Shown piece by piece: positions 27,449 through 36,963 of a stretch of 64,000 bases of DNA. The notes under the pieces are model-generated. The model saw only the letters and a list, made by a program, of their open reading frames with translations. It had not been told where the DNA came from and did no database searches. The DNA lies in the IMG/VR virus record IMGVR_UViG_3300049460_000312, positions 219,374 through 283,373 of that record; one strand, 5' to 3'. Within the stretch, counting starts at the first letter, position 1; each line of letters starts with the position of its first letter. Position numbers and translations under genes: made by a program.

Positions 27449-28447
27449 TCAAATCAGCTCCAGCACTGGCCGCCAGTACAGATTCGCGTTATACGCCGCC
27501 GTATTGGTTTTACCCGGATGATAGCTGATGGAGGACGCCGGCAAATAACCGCGCGTGATCGTCTTCAGCCCAGGGATCATCTCCTGATGAATGTTGTTTT
27601 CAGTCATGCCGATGTAGGGCGAACCGTTGTAGGCCATCTGGGCATCGTAAGCCGCCCAGTTCTCACCGCGCTGGGATGCCGAGGTCCAGGACAGCAGCTT
27701 CATGATCAGGTCGTTCCATTCCGAACCCACCAGATTCAGCGTAGTGTCGTAGGAGTCGGCCGTGTACCAGTTGGTGTTGAGCGGTGAGTTAGTTGCGCCC
27801 GTATTGCTATTGACAAAATCCGAAGTCAGGTCAAATCCTGGCGGCACGGCCGTCGGCAGGCGAACCTTGAACTGCGAGTTCTGGACGGTGATAATCCGCA
27901 GCTGGTTGGTCGCGGCCATCGTATTATAGGTACGCGGCCCCACGTCGTCGATACCGTACACCAGACCTCCCGCATACAGCGTAGACCAGGCACAGGTGCC
28001 CACCGGTTGGTACGGCATGAACAACGTTTTGCCCTTATAGGCAAACTTGAGCCACATCTGGTTGGCGTAGGGATTCTTCGCCGGTACGCTGACGTTAGCC
28101 CAGGCGATAAACGTCGTCCAGTCGATAAAGTCACTTGCATTCACGGTGCCGTAAAAGCCCATATCCAGATCGCCGGCGATCAGTGCCTGCGGTCCCGGTC
28201 CACTATAAGCCGCCGCCGTCGCCACAACGTTGGGGCTGAATACCCGGTCCGCGCCTTTATAGACTTCAAACATGTAGTAGTACGTCACTCCGATCAATAC
28301 GCTTGTATCGATGTAGGTGGCCGCATTACCGGCCAGGGTGGCGTAAACTGCCGGCAGATTTGCCGGATCAATAGCAGAAGCTGATCGATAGACACGTACA
28401 CCGTCTGCTGTCGTATTCAGGTTCTGCCAACCAATTTTAATTTGCAT
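27449..28447 (-). CDS. Virion structural protein: FN3-like N-domain plus GPGPQ-GD domain (phiKZ-type paralogue family)
   Basis: IGW.N...GVRVYRS...YIDT...TYYY; SGPGPQALIAGDLDMGFYG...WRPVLELI. Confidence 0.75.
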   Translation of the reverse strand: MQIKIGWQNLNTTADGVRVYRSASAIDPANLPAVYATLAGNAATYIDTSVLIGVTYYYMFEVYKGADRVFSPNVVATAAAYSGPGPQALIAGDLDMGFYGTVNASDFIDWTTFIAWANVSVPAKNPYANQMWLKFAYKGKTLFMPYQPVGTCAWSTLYAGGLVYGIDDVGPRTYNTMAATNQLRIITVQNSQFKVRLPTAVPPGFDLTSDFVNSNTGATNSPLNTNWYTADSYDTTLNLVGSEWNDLIMKLLSWTSASQRGENWAAYDAQMAYNGSPYIGMTENNIHQEMIPGLKTITRGYLPASSISYHPGKTNTAAYNANLYWRPVLELI

Positions 28448-28473
28448 GATAAAACTACCTTAAGAGTCAGCGA

Positions 28474-29499
28474 TTACAGAACCAGTTCCAGCACCGCGCG
28501 CCATGCCGGATTGACGGTGACCCCTGCGGCGTTGTTCACCGCGACTGTCGAAGTGGTGTTGCTCGTGACGATTGATCCTGCGCAGCCCGGATTCCAGCCA
28601 GAGCCGGCGCTGTTGAGTCGCCCACCGCGCCACGGGGCGCTGGTATTGGCCAGACCAGCCCATTGCTGGCAAAGATCGCTGATGACAAGGTTCGACACGT
28701 AGGCACCAAACTCGTCCCGCAGATTGGTGAGGCTACCGTAGAGTTTGTCCCCTACGTAACGCGGAGAGTAAGCACCGGTGGTGCCGACAATTGCTCCCAT
28801 GATGTCGTCCCATTCGTTGCTCGCCAGGGCGGCGGTCAGCAAAGAGTTGTTGGTCGACGTCGCGGGAATACCGCTCTGACTGGCAGGCATGCCCTGTAGA
28901 ATCCGGGGCAGTACCGTGAAGCCACCAATGACGAGCGGCTTGTACTGGTTAGTGGCAGTGACACCGCTCGGTGTGACTAATCCGTTATCATTGGTGCCGT
29001 AAATCAGACCCAGCTGATAAAGCGCATTGTAGGTGACGCCATATCGCAGGATGCCACGGGCGATAAAGAGCACCTTACCCTTATACGCCATCTTGACCCA
29101 GTCCTTGTCAGCCGGTCCAACCGTACCCGTTGTTACCCCTACCGCGGCTGTCAGGCTGGCATAGGTAATCAGATCAGAGGATTTCGCGATACCGAAATAG
29201 CCCAGGTCCCAGTCACCCGCCTGCAGTACCTGCGGGCCCGGGCCGGTATCGGTCGGCGCTACCGCTTTGACCACAATGTTTTTGGTCAGCAGGACGTCAC
29301 TACCCTTGACACTGCCCATGCGATAGTAGTATTTCGTGCCGCGTACAGCGGTCGTATCCACGTAGGTGTTGCTTCCTGCAGCGAGACTTGCCAGCGGCGC
29401 CGGCAAGGGTGTATCGGGGATCGGGTTGGTATCGCGGTACACATTGACGCCATCTTCCAGCGCGCCGTTATAATTGTTCCAATTAATGGTGAGGTTCAT
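28474..29499 (-). CDS. Virion structural protein, same family
   Basis: INW.N...GVNVYRD...YVDT...KYYY; TGPGPQVLQAGDWDLGYFG...WRAVLELV. Confidence 0.75.
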   Translation of the reverse strand: MNLTINWNNYNGALEDGVNVYRDTNPIPDTPLPAPLASLAAGSNTYVDTTAVRGTKYYYRMGSVKGSDVLLTKNIVVKAVAPTDTGPGPQVLQAGDWDLGYFGIAKSSDLITYASLTAAVGVTTGTVGPADKDWVKMAYKGKVLFIARGILRYGVTYNALYQLGLIYGTNDNGLVTPSGVTATNQYKPLVIGGFTVLPRILQGMPASQSGIPATSTNNSLLTAALASNEWDDIMGAIVGTTGAYSPRYVGDKLYGSLTNLRDEFGAYVSNLVISDLCQQWAGLANTSAPWRGGRLNSAGSGWNPGCAGSIVTSNTTSTVAVNNAAGVTVNPAWRAVLELVL

Positions 29500-29512
29500 A
29501 TCCTACCTGTGC

Positions 29513-30508
29513 TTAGGCATTAAAAGTAATGGTGGGGCTACTCGGCGCCTGAGGATTACCTGCGCTCTGAGGAACAATTACCGTGAGGCGGGTGAGATCG
29601 ACCACCGGGACAATAGCCGCACTACCCACGCTGCTCGCCGCCGTGGTTTGCGGAACAAACGCAGTCAGACGCTGCACGCTACTGGCGTCGACCGGATTAA
29701 CCGAAGCGCTGGCGAAAGCCTTATTGATATCCCCCACCTCCAGATCATTGATCTGGGGCTTGAACAGCTCACTGGCACCCACGAGCTCCAGCACCGGTCG
29801 CCAACTAGCCGAAGACACCTTGGTGTTCATGGTGTAAGTGCGAATATCTCCGCCCAAGCCTGGCCGAATCACGTACTTGGTGGTGTCTGAGCTGACACTT
29901 TCGCGCAGGACTTCACTCCCGGACGTAATCTGGCTATCGGTGTAGGCGGCCCACTTGTCACTGGGGTAAGCCGATCCCATGCCACGCGAGCAGACTCGAT
30001 ACAGCAGATCCGTCCACATTGATGCACGATAAGGCGAGATATCGGTACTGTAGCTACCGGCCGCGATATAAGCCAGCGTAGTAGGGTCCGACGCATCGCT
30101 GGTGAGGGTACGGATCTTGAAGCGATATGGACCTGTACTTGCCAACCGGATCTGGTTAGTGGGTGCGCCGTTATTGAACGTGCCAGCGTCGTCCGTACCA
30201 TAGACCAGGCCTGCCGCATACAGTTTGTTCCACGTCAGTGTATTAAAGAGCGGTCGCTTGGCGATAAAGAGATACTTGCCGTTATAGACAAACTTCAACC
30301 AGGGGTCACCTGCATTGATTTGGCTGTAGGCGGCGAGATCAGAAATCTGCGTAGCCAGGGCGGTCGATGTCAATACATCACTGGCTGCTACTTCACCAAA
30401 GAAACCGAGATTCTGATCACCGAAAAGCAACTGCTGAGGCCCAGGACCGGAGTCCAGTAAGATGGGACGATTCCCACCGCCTCCTGTCATCAAAAGAAGT
30501 TCGAACAT
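29513..30508 (-). CDS. Virion structural protein, same family, lacking the FN3 domain
   Basis: SGPGPQQLLFGDQNLGFFG...WRPVLELV; N-terminus MFELLL. Confidence 0.75.
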   Translation of the reverse strand: MFELLLMTGGGGNRPILLDSGPGPQQLLFGDQNLGFFGEVAASDVLTSTALATQISDLAAYSQINAGDPWLKFVYNGKYLFIAKRPLFNTLTWNKLYAAGLVYGTDDAGTFNNGAPTNQIRLASTGPYRFKIRTLTSDASDPTTLAYIAAGSYSTDISPYRASMWTDLLYRVCSRGMGSAYPSDKWAAYTDSQITSGSEVLRESVSSDTTKYVIRPGLGGDIRTYTMNTKVSSASWRPVLELVGASELFKPQINDLEVGDINKAFASASVNPVDASSVQRLTAFVPQTTAASSVGSAAIVPVVDLTRLTVIVPQSAGNPQAPSSPTITFNA

Positions 30509-30591
30509 GGTGCATTCCCGAGAAAGCTTACATACGATTTGCGGCAGCATAAAAGGCCGGGGGTAACCCCGGCCCTTATGACTTTTAACGC

Positions 30592-31245
30592 TTAGACGTC
30601 CAGCGTCGCCGGGATCACCGGCAGGTCAGCCGCAACAGTAGCGGCATCAACCGCTTCCTTCAGGGTCCAGCTTGCTCCATAGACCGCGGAGACGCGCTGG
30701 AAAGCCGCGTTCGACATGGCCACGATCGCGTTGGCGGTAGCCATCACGACCTTGTTTTCGAGCGTCCGGAACGGCAGGGTCTGGTCACCCTGACCGGCGG
30801 CGATAAAACCGTCCGCCGTGACCCGCAGACCCGTGATGTTCAGACAGTCGCGCTCGCGCAGCTGCACGCCGAGCACACCATCAGTGCCACCGAAGTCGTA
30901 CTGGAAACCTTCACCCAGCTTGGCATCGCGCAGCGTGTCGATCTGTGTTGAGAGTGCCGCCTTCTGCGTGGTGAGCATGCCCGCCAGTTCATCGGTGGTG
31001 TAGTCACGCACGGCCCATTTCTGGGTCCACACACCATCGATCTGTTCGGGTTTGTCTTCAGTGACTACGTCGCCAGTCGGCGACGGGGCCGACTGCACTA
31101 CCGAATAACCGAGGTCTTCGATGAGCGATTCGTCCGGCTCCGCCGCGAAGCTGATCGTCGGATTGTCCTGACGGACCTTGAACAACGAGACCGGATACTC
31201 CAGTGTCTCGTTGTTGATCAGCAGGGTTGCTGCAGTGATTTTCAT
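30592..31245 (-). CDS. Tail fibre assembly chaperone (DUF4376-like)
   Basis: YPVS...E..P...DG.W.Q.W N-domain, then RD....GF.Y...QLR..D..NITG...FRT.EN; directly downstream of the fibre gene. Confidence 0.75.
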   Translation of the reverse strand: MKITAATLLINNETLEYPVSLFKVRQDNPTISFAAEPDESLIEDLGYSVVQSAPSPTGDVVTEDKPEQIDGVWTQKWAVRDYTTDELAGMLTTQKAALSTQIDTLRDAKLGEGFQYDFGGTDGVLGVQLRERDCLNITGLRVTADGFIAAGQGDQTLPFRTLENKVVMATANAIVAMSNAAFQRVSAVYGASWTLKEAVDAATVAADLPVIPATLDV

Positions 31246-31297
31246 GAGAGTTCCTGAGGGGAGACGGGGCAGTCCCGAAGGACCACCCCTAGGTTAC

Positions 31298-34200
31298 TTA
31301 GGCCGTCGCGCCCACCGAGCCCGTCCACTTCGTGCCATCCCACAAGAGGATAACGTTGGTGTACGTCGCGCCCAGCGTCGGTGCCGTACCGCCGGACCAG
31401 CTGATGCTGCCCGGCCAGGTGATTGCAGCGGCGTTACCCGTCACGGCGATCACGACCGTCATGGCCCGGTTTGCACCCGGGGCATTCACGAATGCCAGCG
31501 TCTTGGCCGTTGCCGCGCTCACAGTGAATGCCTGGTTCGCAGCCAAGTCCAAGTTGGCTGTCGTCGCCACGATCGGCAGATCGTAACGGTCCAGACGCTT
31601 CAGACCCACCGTGGTGCCGTTGTTGTAGGCCACGTAGTAGGCGCTGTCATTCGGCGCCAACGGGGTCGTCAGCGTTGCCACGTCCGTCCAGTTGCCACCC
31701 TTTTGCACGTAGGCCTTTGCGTCATTCGGCGCAGCCACCGTGGCCAAGGTCGAGAGATCGGTCCAGTTACCGCCCTTCTGAACATACGCCTTCGCGTCAT
31801 TCGGCGCTTTCGTATCCGTCAGCGTCGACAGGTCCACCCACGCACCCGTCTTCTGTACGTAGGCTTTCGTGTCGTTCGGAGCCGGCGTGAAGGCCGTCCA
31901 TGCACCATCCTTACGGAGATACAGGCCATGGTCGAGCGGAGCTTCGCCAACAGCCGGAGCCGGCAGCGGCACCCACGCACCGTTCTCACGAACGTACGGC
32001 GTGTCGTCGAGGTTGGCATCGTAGACGTTACCACCGCCCAGATAACCCAGCCAGCTCCAGGCCACCGTGGTGGTCTTCTGGAAGAAGCGCAGTGTCGAGC
32101 TGTTGAGGAAGTAGTCACCCACCACCCCGTCAGCCGGATTCGGATCACGGCCGAGCACAATCCAGCGCGTGCCTTGGTCACCCTTATCGCCCTTCAAACC
32201 TTGCAGACCCTGGTCACCCTTCAGACCTTGCAGACCTTGCAGACCGCGATCACCCTTGGGACCCTGAATCGGACCCACATCGATGAACGCGGAACCGGTC
32301 CACGCCCAGCCATGCAGCGTGTCGGACGCGATGTACATATCGCCCGCATTGGTAGCCGAGCCCGGCAGAGCCGCGCTATTGGCCACCGTGCCAAGAATCT
32401 TGACGCCCGGACCCATCGGACCCGTATCGCCTTGATCACCCTTGTCACCGGTGTCACCCTTCAGACCTTGAACGCCTTGAAGACCTTGGTCGCCTTGGAT
32501 GCCTTGGAGACCCTGGTCTCCCTTATCACCCTTGTCGCCCTTCCACTGTCCCACATCCACCCAGACCGTACCGTTGTACGAGTAAAGGTGATCGCCCACG
32601 CGGTAAGCATCACCTTGCGTGTTGCCCGAGACTGGGAGGTCACCCGAGGTCGCAACAGTGCCGAGGATCTTGACGTTGTTACCGGCTGTGCCAGTATCGC
32701 CCTTATCCCCCTTCACGCCTTGCAAACCCTGAATGCCCTGAATACCTTGCAAACCGGTATCGCCCTTATCCCCCTTGTCACCCTTCAGGCCCTGGAGACC
32801 CTGGATACCCTGATCGCCCTTCGGACCTTGAATCTGGCCCAAATCGGTGAATGCTGCACCCGTCCAGCCCCAGAAGTGGCCCTGGATCAGATAACCATCA
32901 CCGATGGCTTCAGTGGTGTGCGCTGGCAGTTGCGAGGAATCCGCGTACGTACCGAGAATCTTGATACCGGGACCGAGGTCACCCTTGACACCCTGGATAC
33001 CCTGAATACCCTGGATACCTTGATCGCCTTGGTCACCCTTATCGCCTTTATCGCCTTTGACACCCTGAATGCCCTGAATACCCTGGATACCTTGGTCACC
33101 CTTCGGGCCGACGAACGGACCTGCATCCACCCACGCGGTGTTCACGTAGATGAAGAGGTTCGAACCGACGATGTACGCGTCTTCTTGCGCCGGGTTGCCG
33201 GGTAGAGCAGCCTGATTCGCAACCGTACCCTTGATGACGATACCACGACCCATCGGGCCAGTCAGACCCACGTCACCCTTGGCGCCCTTCAGCGAAGCGA
33301 TCCATTGAGCCTGCGTACCCACGTAGCCGTTGTCGACTGCTGTCTGGTAAGCTGAGTCACCGGACACACCCACCAGCGAAGCCAACCACTGGGCCTGCGT
33401 ACCGACAAAGCCACCGGCGACTGCTGCCGTGTAAGCCGAGTCGCCTTGATCGCCCTTGTCACCCTTATCGCCCTTGACACCCTGGATACCCTGAATGCCT
33501 TGGTCACCCTTCGGGCCTTGCACCGGACCGACGTCGATAAACGCAGTGCCCGTCCATGCCCAACCGTGGAGGGTATCCGCGGCAATATACATATCGCCAG
33601 CGGTCGTCGACGAACCCGGCAGTGCGGAGCTCGTAGTCACCGTACCGAGGATCTTCACACCAGGACCCATTGGGCCTTGGATACCTTGCAGACCTTGGAT
33701 ACCCTGATCGCCCTTCGGGCCAACGAGGGTTGCCAACCATGCCGATTGCGAGCCCACAAAGCCGCTATCCAGCGCGAGCTGGTAAGCCGTTTTGCCCACG
33801 AGCGATTGCAGCCATGCGGCTTGCGTACCCACGAAACCATTGGCTTGCGCCACCTGGAACGCGGTCTTACCGTTGAGCGACGTGATCCACTGCGAGAGCG
33901 TCATCGTGCCCGGGATCAGCCCCGCATCCTTCGCGAGCTGGTAAGCGGACTTACCGTCCGGCCCCACCTGACCCACCGGCACCCAGTTCGTGCCATCCCA
34001 CACCCACATCACGGCGTCAATGATGAACGCGTCGCCTGCGGTGTTGCCAGCCGGACCCGGCGGCAGATCACCCACGGTCTGGAACGAACCCAGCACCTTC
34101 AGGCCGATACCATCTGCACCATGCAACGACGCGAGCCAGTCATCGGCTGTGCCGCTGAACCCAGCGATCAACGCGAGGTCATAGGCCGACTTACCGTCCG

Positions 34201-34879
34201 GGCCTTGCAGGTTACCGAGATAGGTCCAGGCGCCACCCGACAGCGCCCAGAATTGCGGTCCGATCAGGTAGCAGTCACCTTCTTGCGATTCACCCACCGG
34301 CGGCAGGGAAGCCTGATCAGCAACTGCACCCAGCAGACGGGCACCATTACCCATCGCGCCTTGTGCGCCGGCGTCGCCCTTCACGCCTTTCAGCGAGGCC
34401 GTCCATTGCGCTTCCGTACCCACAAAGCCAGCCAGCACAGCGGACTCGTACGCGCTCTTGCCTGCAGCGCCGTCGTTGCCTGCCGTACCCGTATCGCCCT
34501 TGTCGCCTTTATCGCCTTTGAGACCCTGGATACCTTGGAGACCCTGGTCGCCTTTGACACCCTTCAGACTGGCGAGCCAGTTGGCTTGCGTATCGGCGTA
34601 ACCGCCAGCAACAGCGAGTTCGTACGCGGATTTACCGTTCGTACCATCTGCGCCCTTGGCACCCACCAGTGACGCGAGCCACTGGGCTTGGGTGCCGGCA
34701 TAGCCGCCGTCAACGGCGACCTGGTAAGCGGATTTCCCCGCTACCATCAACTGCGCCAGGGTGAACTTGACGTTCTTGCCACCCTGGATGGCCTCGACTA
34801 CTTCAGCACCGGTGATGGCCGATGCATCCGGAAGGTCAGAGATCCGGTAATACAGTGCGGGATCGAGTGTATCACTCAT
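31298..34879 (-). CDS. Collagen-like long tail fibre
   Basis: 1193 aa; Gly-X-Y tracts, 9 SAY..A...G..GT...W..SL repeats, 7-8 [KR]ILGTV...LP....GD.Y...W beta modules, foldon-like repeats, C-terminal tip domain. Confidence 0.9.
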   Translation of the reverse strand: MSDTLDPALYYRISDLPDASAITGAEVVEAIQGGKNVKFTLAQLMVAGKSAYQVAVDGGYAGTQAQWLASLVGAKGADGTNGKSAYELAVAGGYADTQANWLASLKGVKGDQGLQGIQGLKGDKGDKGDTGTAGNDGAAGKSAYESAVLAGFVGTEAQWTASLKGVKGDAGAQGAMGNGARLLGAVADQASLPPVGESQEGDCYLIGPQFWALSGGAWTYLGNLQGPDGKSAYDLALIAGFSGTADDWLASLHGADGIGLKVLGSFQTVGDLPPGPAGNTAGDAFIIDAVMWVWDGTNWVPVGQVGPDGKSAYQLAKDAGLIPGTMTLSQWITSLNGKTAFQVAQANGFVGTQAAWLQSLVGKTAYQLALDSGFVGSQSAWLATLVGPKGDQGIQGLQGIQGPMGPGVKILGTVTTSSALPGSSTTAGDMYIAADTLHGWAWTGTAFIDVGPVQGPKGDQGIQGIQGVKGDKGDKGDQGDSAYTAAVAGGFVGTQAQWLASLVGVSGDSAYQTAVDNGYVGTQAQWIASLKGAKGDVGLTGPMGRGIVIKGTVANQAALPGNPAQEDAYIVGSNLFIYVNTAWVDAGPFVGPKGDQGIQGIQGIQGVKGDKGDKGDQGDQGIQGIQGIQGVKGDLGPGIKILGTYADSSQLPAHTTEAIGDGYLIQGHFWGWTGAAFTDLGQIQGPKGDQGIQGLQGLKGDKGDKGDTGLQGIQGIQGLQGVKGDKGDTGTAGNNVKILGTVATSGDLPVSGNTQGDAYRVGDHLYSYNGTVWVDVGQWKGDKGDKGDQGLQGIQGDQGLQGVQGLKGDTGDKGDQGDTGPMGPGVKILGTVANSAALPGSATNAGDMYIASDTLHGWAWTGSAFIDVGPIQGPKGDRGLQGLQGLKGDQGLQGLKGDKGDQGTRWIVLGRDPNPADGVVGDYFLNSSTLRFFQKTTTVAWSWLGYLGGGNVYDANLDDTPYVRENGAWVPLPAPAVGEAPLDHGLYLRKDGAWTAFTPAPNDTKAYVQKTGAWVDLSTLTDTKAPNDAKAYVQKGGNWTDLSTLATVAAPNDAKAYVQKGGNWTDVATLTTPLAPNDSAYYVAYNNGTTVGLKRLDRYDLPIVATTANLDLAANQAFTVSAATAKTLAFVNAPGANRAMTVVIAVTGNAAAITWPGSISWSGGTAPTLGATYTNVILLWDGTKWTGSVGATA

Positions 34880-34902
34880 CTCTTTAATCCTCTTATGTTA
34901 AA

Positions 34903-35454
34903 TCAGGAAACCGGCTTTTCGAGAACGCGGATGCGGCGTTTCTCATCGGTCGGGATATTACCGTCGACATTCCGCGCAGCAGGCTGCTTGGAGTTAGGCG
35001 CGTAGGGGAAGAAATAATCCCCAGCGAGCCAGGCGAGAGACGTGGTGGTGATTGTCAAGGTAAGACCATTGACCGGGATGCTGTCAAGAGCGGCATCCAC
35101 GACTTCCGAGGCCACGAGGTTCAGACCCAGACCCGCATTGATCTGCGGCAAGATAGCATGAACCGTGGTGGGAAAAGTCATGGGATCGAAGGGGACTAAT
35201 TCCCCTTCCGGCAAGCGCGAGAGCGCATCCATGCTCAGGCGCTTATAATTCACGTCCCGCGCCGCGTCACGTCGCGTCGTCGTATACGCTGTGGCCGCAA
35301 CCGTTGTCGAGCCAGCAACCGGAGCGGAACCTGCAGCAGGCGTTCCGAAATCGAAGTTGACGTTACTCGGCAACACCGGCGTCTGGGCGTTACGAATCAG
35401 TTGTGACAGGCGCACTTGGCTCGTGCCTTGATAGGGCTTGATACGACTTGCCAT
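34903..35454 (-). CDS. Putative virion protein associated with the fibre
   Basis: 183 aa; YKRL...TVHAILPQIN..LGL.L...EV.D motif typical of jumbo-phage virion proteins. Confidence 0.6.
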   Translation of the reverse strand: MASRIKPYQGTSQVRLSQLIRNAQTPVLPSNVNFDFGTPAAGSAPVAGSTTVAATAYTTTRRDAARDVNYKRLSMDALSRLPEGELVPFDPMTFPTTVHAILPQINAGLGLNLVASEVVDAALDSIPVNGLTLTITTTSLAWLAGDYFFPYAPNSKQPAARNVDGNIPTDEKRRIRVLEKPVS

Positions 35455-35617
35455 ATTCGACCTTGTCTAGCTTGGTGGAAAAAACAAAAAAACGACCCGT
35501 TAGCGAAACGGGGCGCCAATTAAGTCTATAAAATTGCGGCAAAAAAATACAGTCGCTACCACAGCATAAAGGCCCGGGTTTCCCCGGGCCTCGTATGTCG
35601 GAGTTATGCGATACGCA

Positions 35618-36829
35618 TTAGAAGCCGAGATCGATGTCCGCGCCAATCACTTCCTTCGACACGTTCTCGGTAGAAACGACGTTGACCAAATACTGGTTGT
35701 TATCCTGCTCCTGGGGCGACTTCTGGTTTTCGTTGATGTCGATCCAGTCACGCATATAGTTCAGCGGCAGCTGGGCCGGCATCGTGACAGCCAGACGCGT
35801 TTCGACTTCCTGCAGGATGCCGAACGAGATACACACCGCGCGGCCATTGAACAGCGTCCAGTCCTTGAGCTTCGGTTTGGTGGCGCCGGGCAGTTCGTCC
35901 CCGTCCGAGTGCACGTAGTCGAGCCAGCTCAGCTCACCGGTGAGCACTTCACACACCGCGTCGATCAGCATCGGTCGGATGGCCTTGAAGGCTGCGCGAC
36001 CCCAGGACGTTGCCATCAGGTGCTTGAACACCGCTTCGCCGAACGGCACGTGGTTGGTGTACTCGTCACGACAGATGGATTGCACCGCGGCACCGATCGG
36101 CTCAAACAGGCTCATCTCGCAGATCGCGAAGGTCACTGCGAACGAAGCCATGAACTGAATACGTTCCAGCATGTACACGGCAGCAATCAGTGCCACTACC
36201 GCTTGCTCGATCTCCGGCGTGCGGATACCCGTGGTCTGCCACTCCAGCGAAGCGAGACGAGCACGCTCCATGATCTTGCCGACGGCAGCCATGCGGCCAT
36301 GCGCTTCACGCACCGCCAAGATCTCGTTCAGGATCACCGACGGGTCTTCAAACGAACCCCGCACGATTTCCGAGTACGTCATCGCGTGCAGGTTTTCGTT
36401 GTCGATGATCCGACCGTAACCGACGCGCGACTCCGTGGCCGTACACAGCGGGATCAGGACGTCTGCCAGGCCCCGGGCGGCCGTGCTGTCGCCTTCCCAC
36501 TGCCAGGCCAGCGTACGGATCATCATCCGGTAGATAGACGGCGAGCAGGTCTTGAATTGCGCCACACACAACGAGTAGTCGAACTCGTTGTGCTTCCAGT
36601 CACTCGCCTTCAGCTCCTCGAAGAGGGTGAAGAGATCCGGGTAGGCCATGTGGATCGTATCGAGCAGGCCGCCGGGCTGCCCCAGGAACAGTTCGGGCTT
36701 CTGGTAGTCGTTCTTGCTGACGTTGAAGATGCGCGACGACAGTTGTTCTCCCCGCTGCGCCAGCGTGAGGTCGATGTAGTCGGCGGGGGCGGTTTCAGCC
36801 AGCGTGAGGTTGTTTGCGTTTTCGGACAT
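35618..36829 (-). CDS. nrdB: Ribonucleotide reductase class Ia beta subunit
   Basis: W..NEF, QWEGD, ENLHAMTY (radical Tyr), ERIQFMASF and RDEYTNH diiron ligands. Confidence 0.93.
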   Translation of the reverse strand: MSENANNLTLAETAPADYIDLTLAQRGEQLSSRIFNVSKNDYQKPELFLGQPGGLLDTIHMAYPDLFTLFEELKASDWKHNEFDYSLCVAQFKTCSPSIYRMMIRTLAWQWEGDSTAARGLADVLIPLCTATESRVGYGRIIDNENLHAMTYSEIVRGSFEDPSVILNEILAVREAHGRMAAVGKIMERARLASLEWQTTGIRTPEIEQAVVALIAAVYMLERIQFMASFAVTFAICEMSLFEPIGAAVQSICRDEYTNHVPFGEAVFKHLMATSWGRAAFKAIRPMLIDAVCEVLTGELSWLDYVHSDGDELPGATKPKLKDWTLFNGRAVCISFGILQEVETRLAVTMPAQLPLNYMRDWIDINENQKSPQEQDNNQYLVNVVSTENVSKEVIGADIDLGF

Positions 36830-36963
36830 GTTCTTACTGAGAGAGGGAGTGTGGAATGAGGTGCTGCTTCATGCAATACCGAAGGCCAGTATTTTCTCAT
36901 CCAGGAATTTTGAGGGCATAAACAGAGGGGAGATTTCTCTCCCCTCTGCCTAGGCTTGACTGC

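Noticed and set aside
23262-30550. Shufflon/invertase or DGR diversification of the adhesin genes
   Set aside because: No recombinase or reverse transcriptase in the window, no inverted crossover sites, and no near-identical TR/VR pair with adenine-specific mismatches seen
31178-34672. Long plus-strand ORFs (31178..33205, 33446..34672) opposite the fibre gene
   Set aside because: Antisense shadows of the repetitive GC-rich collagen codons; no RBS and no meaningful domains
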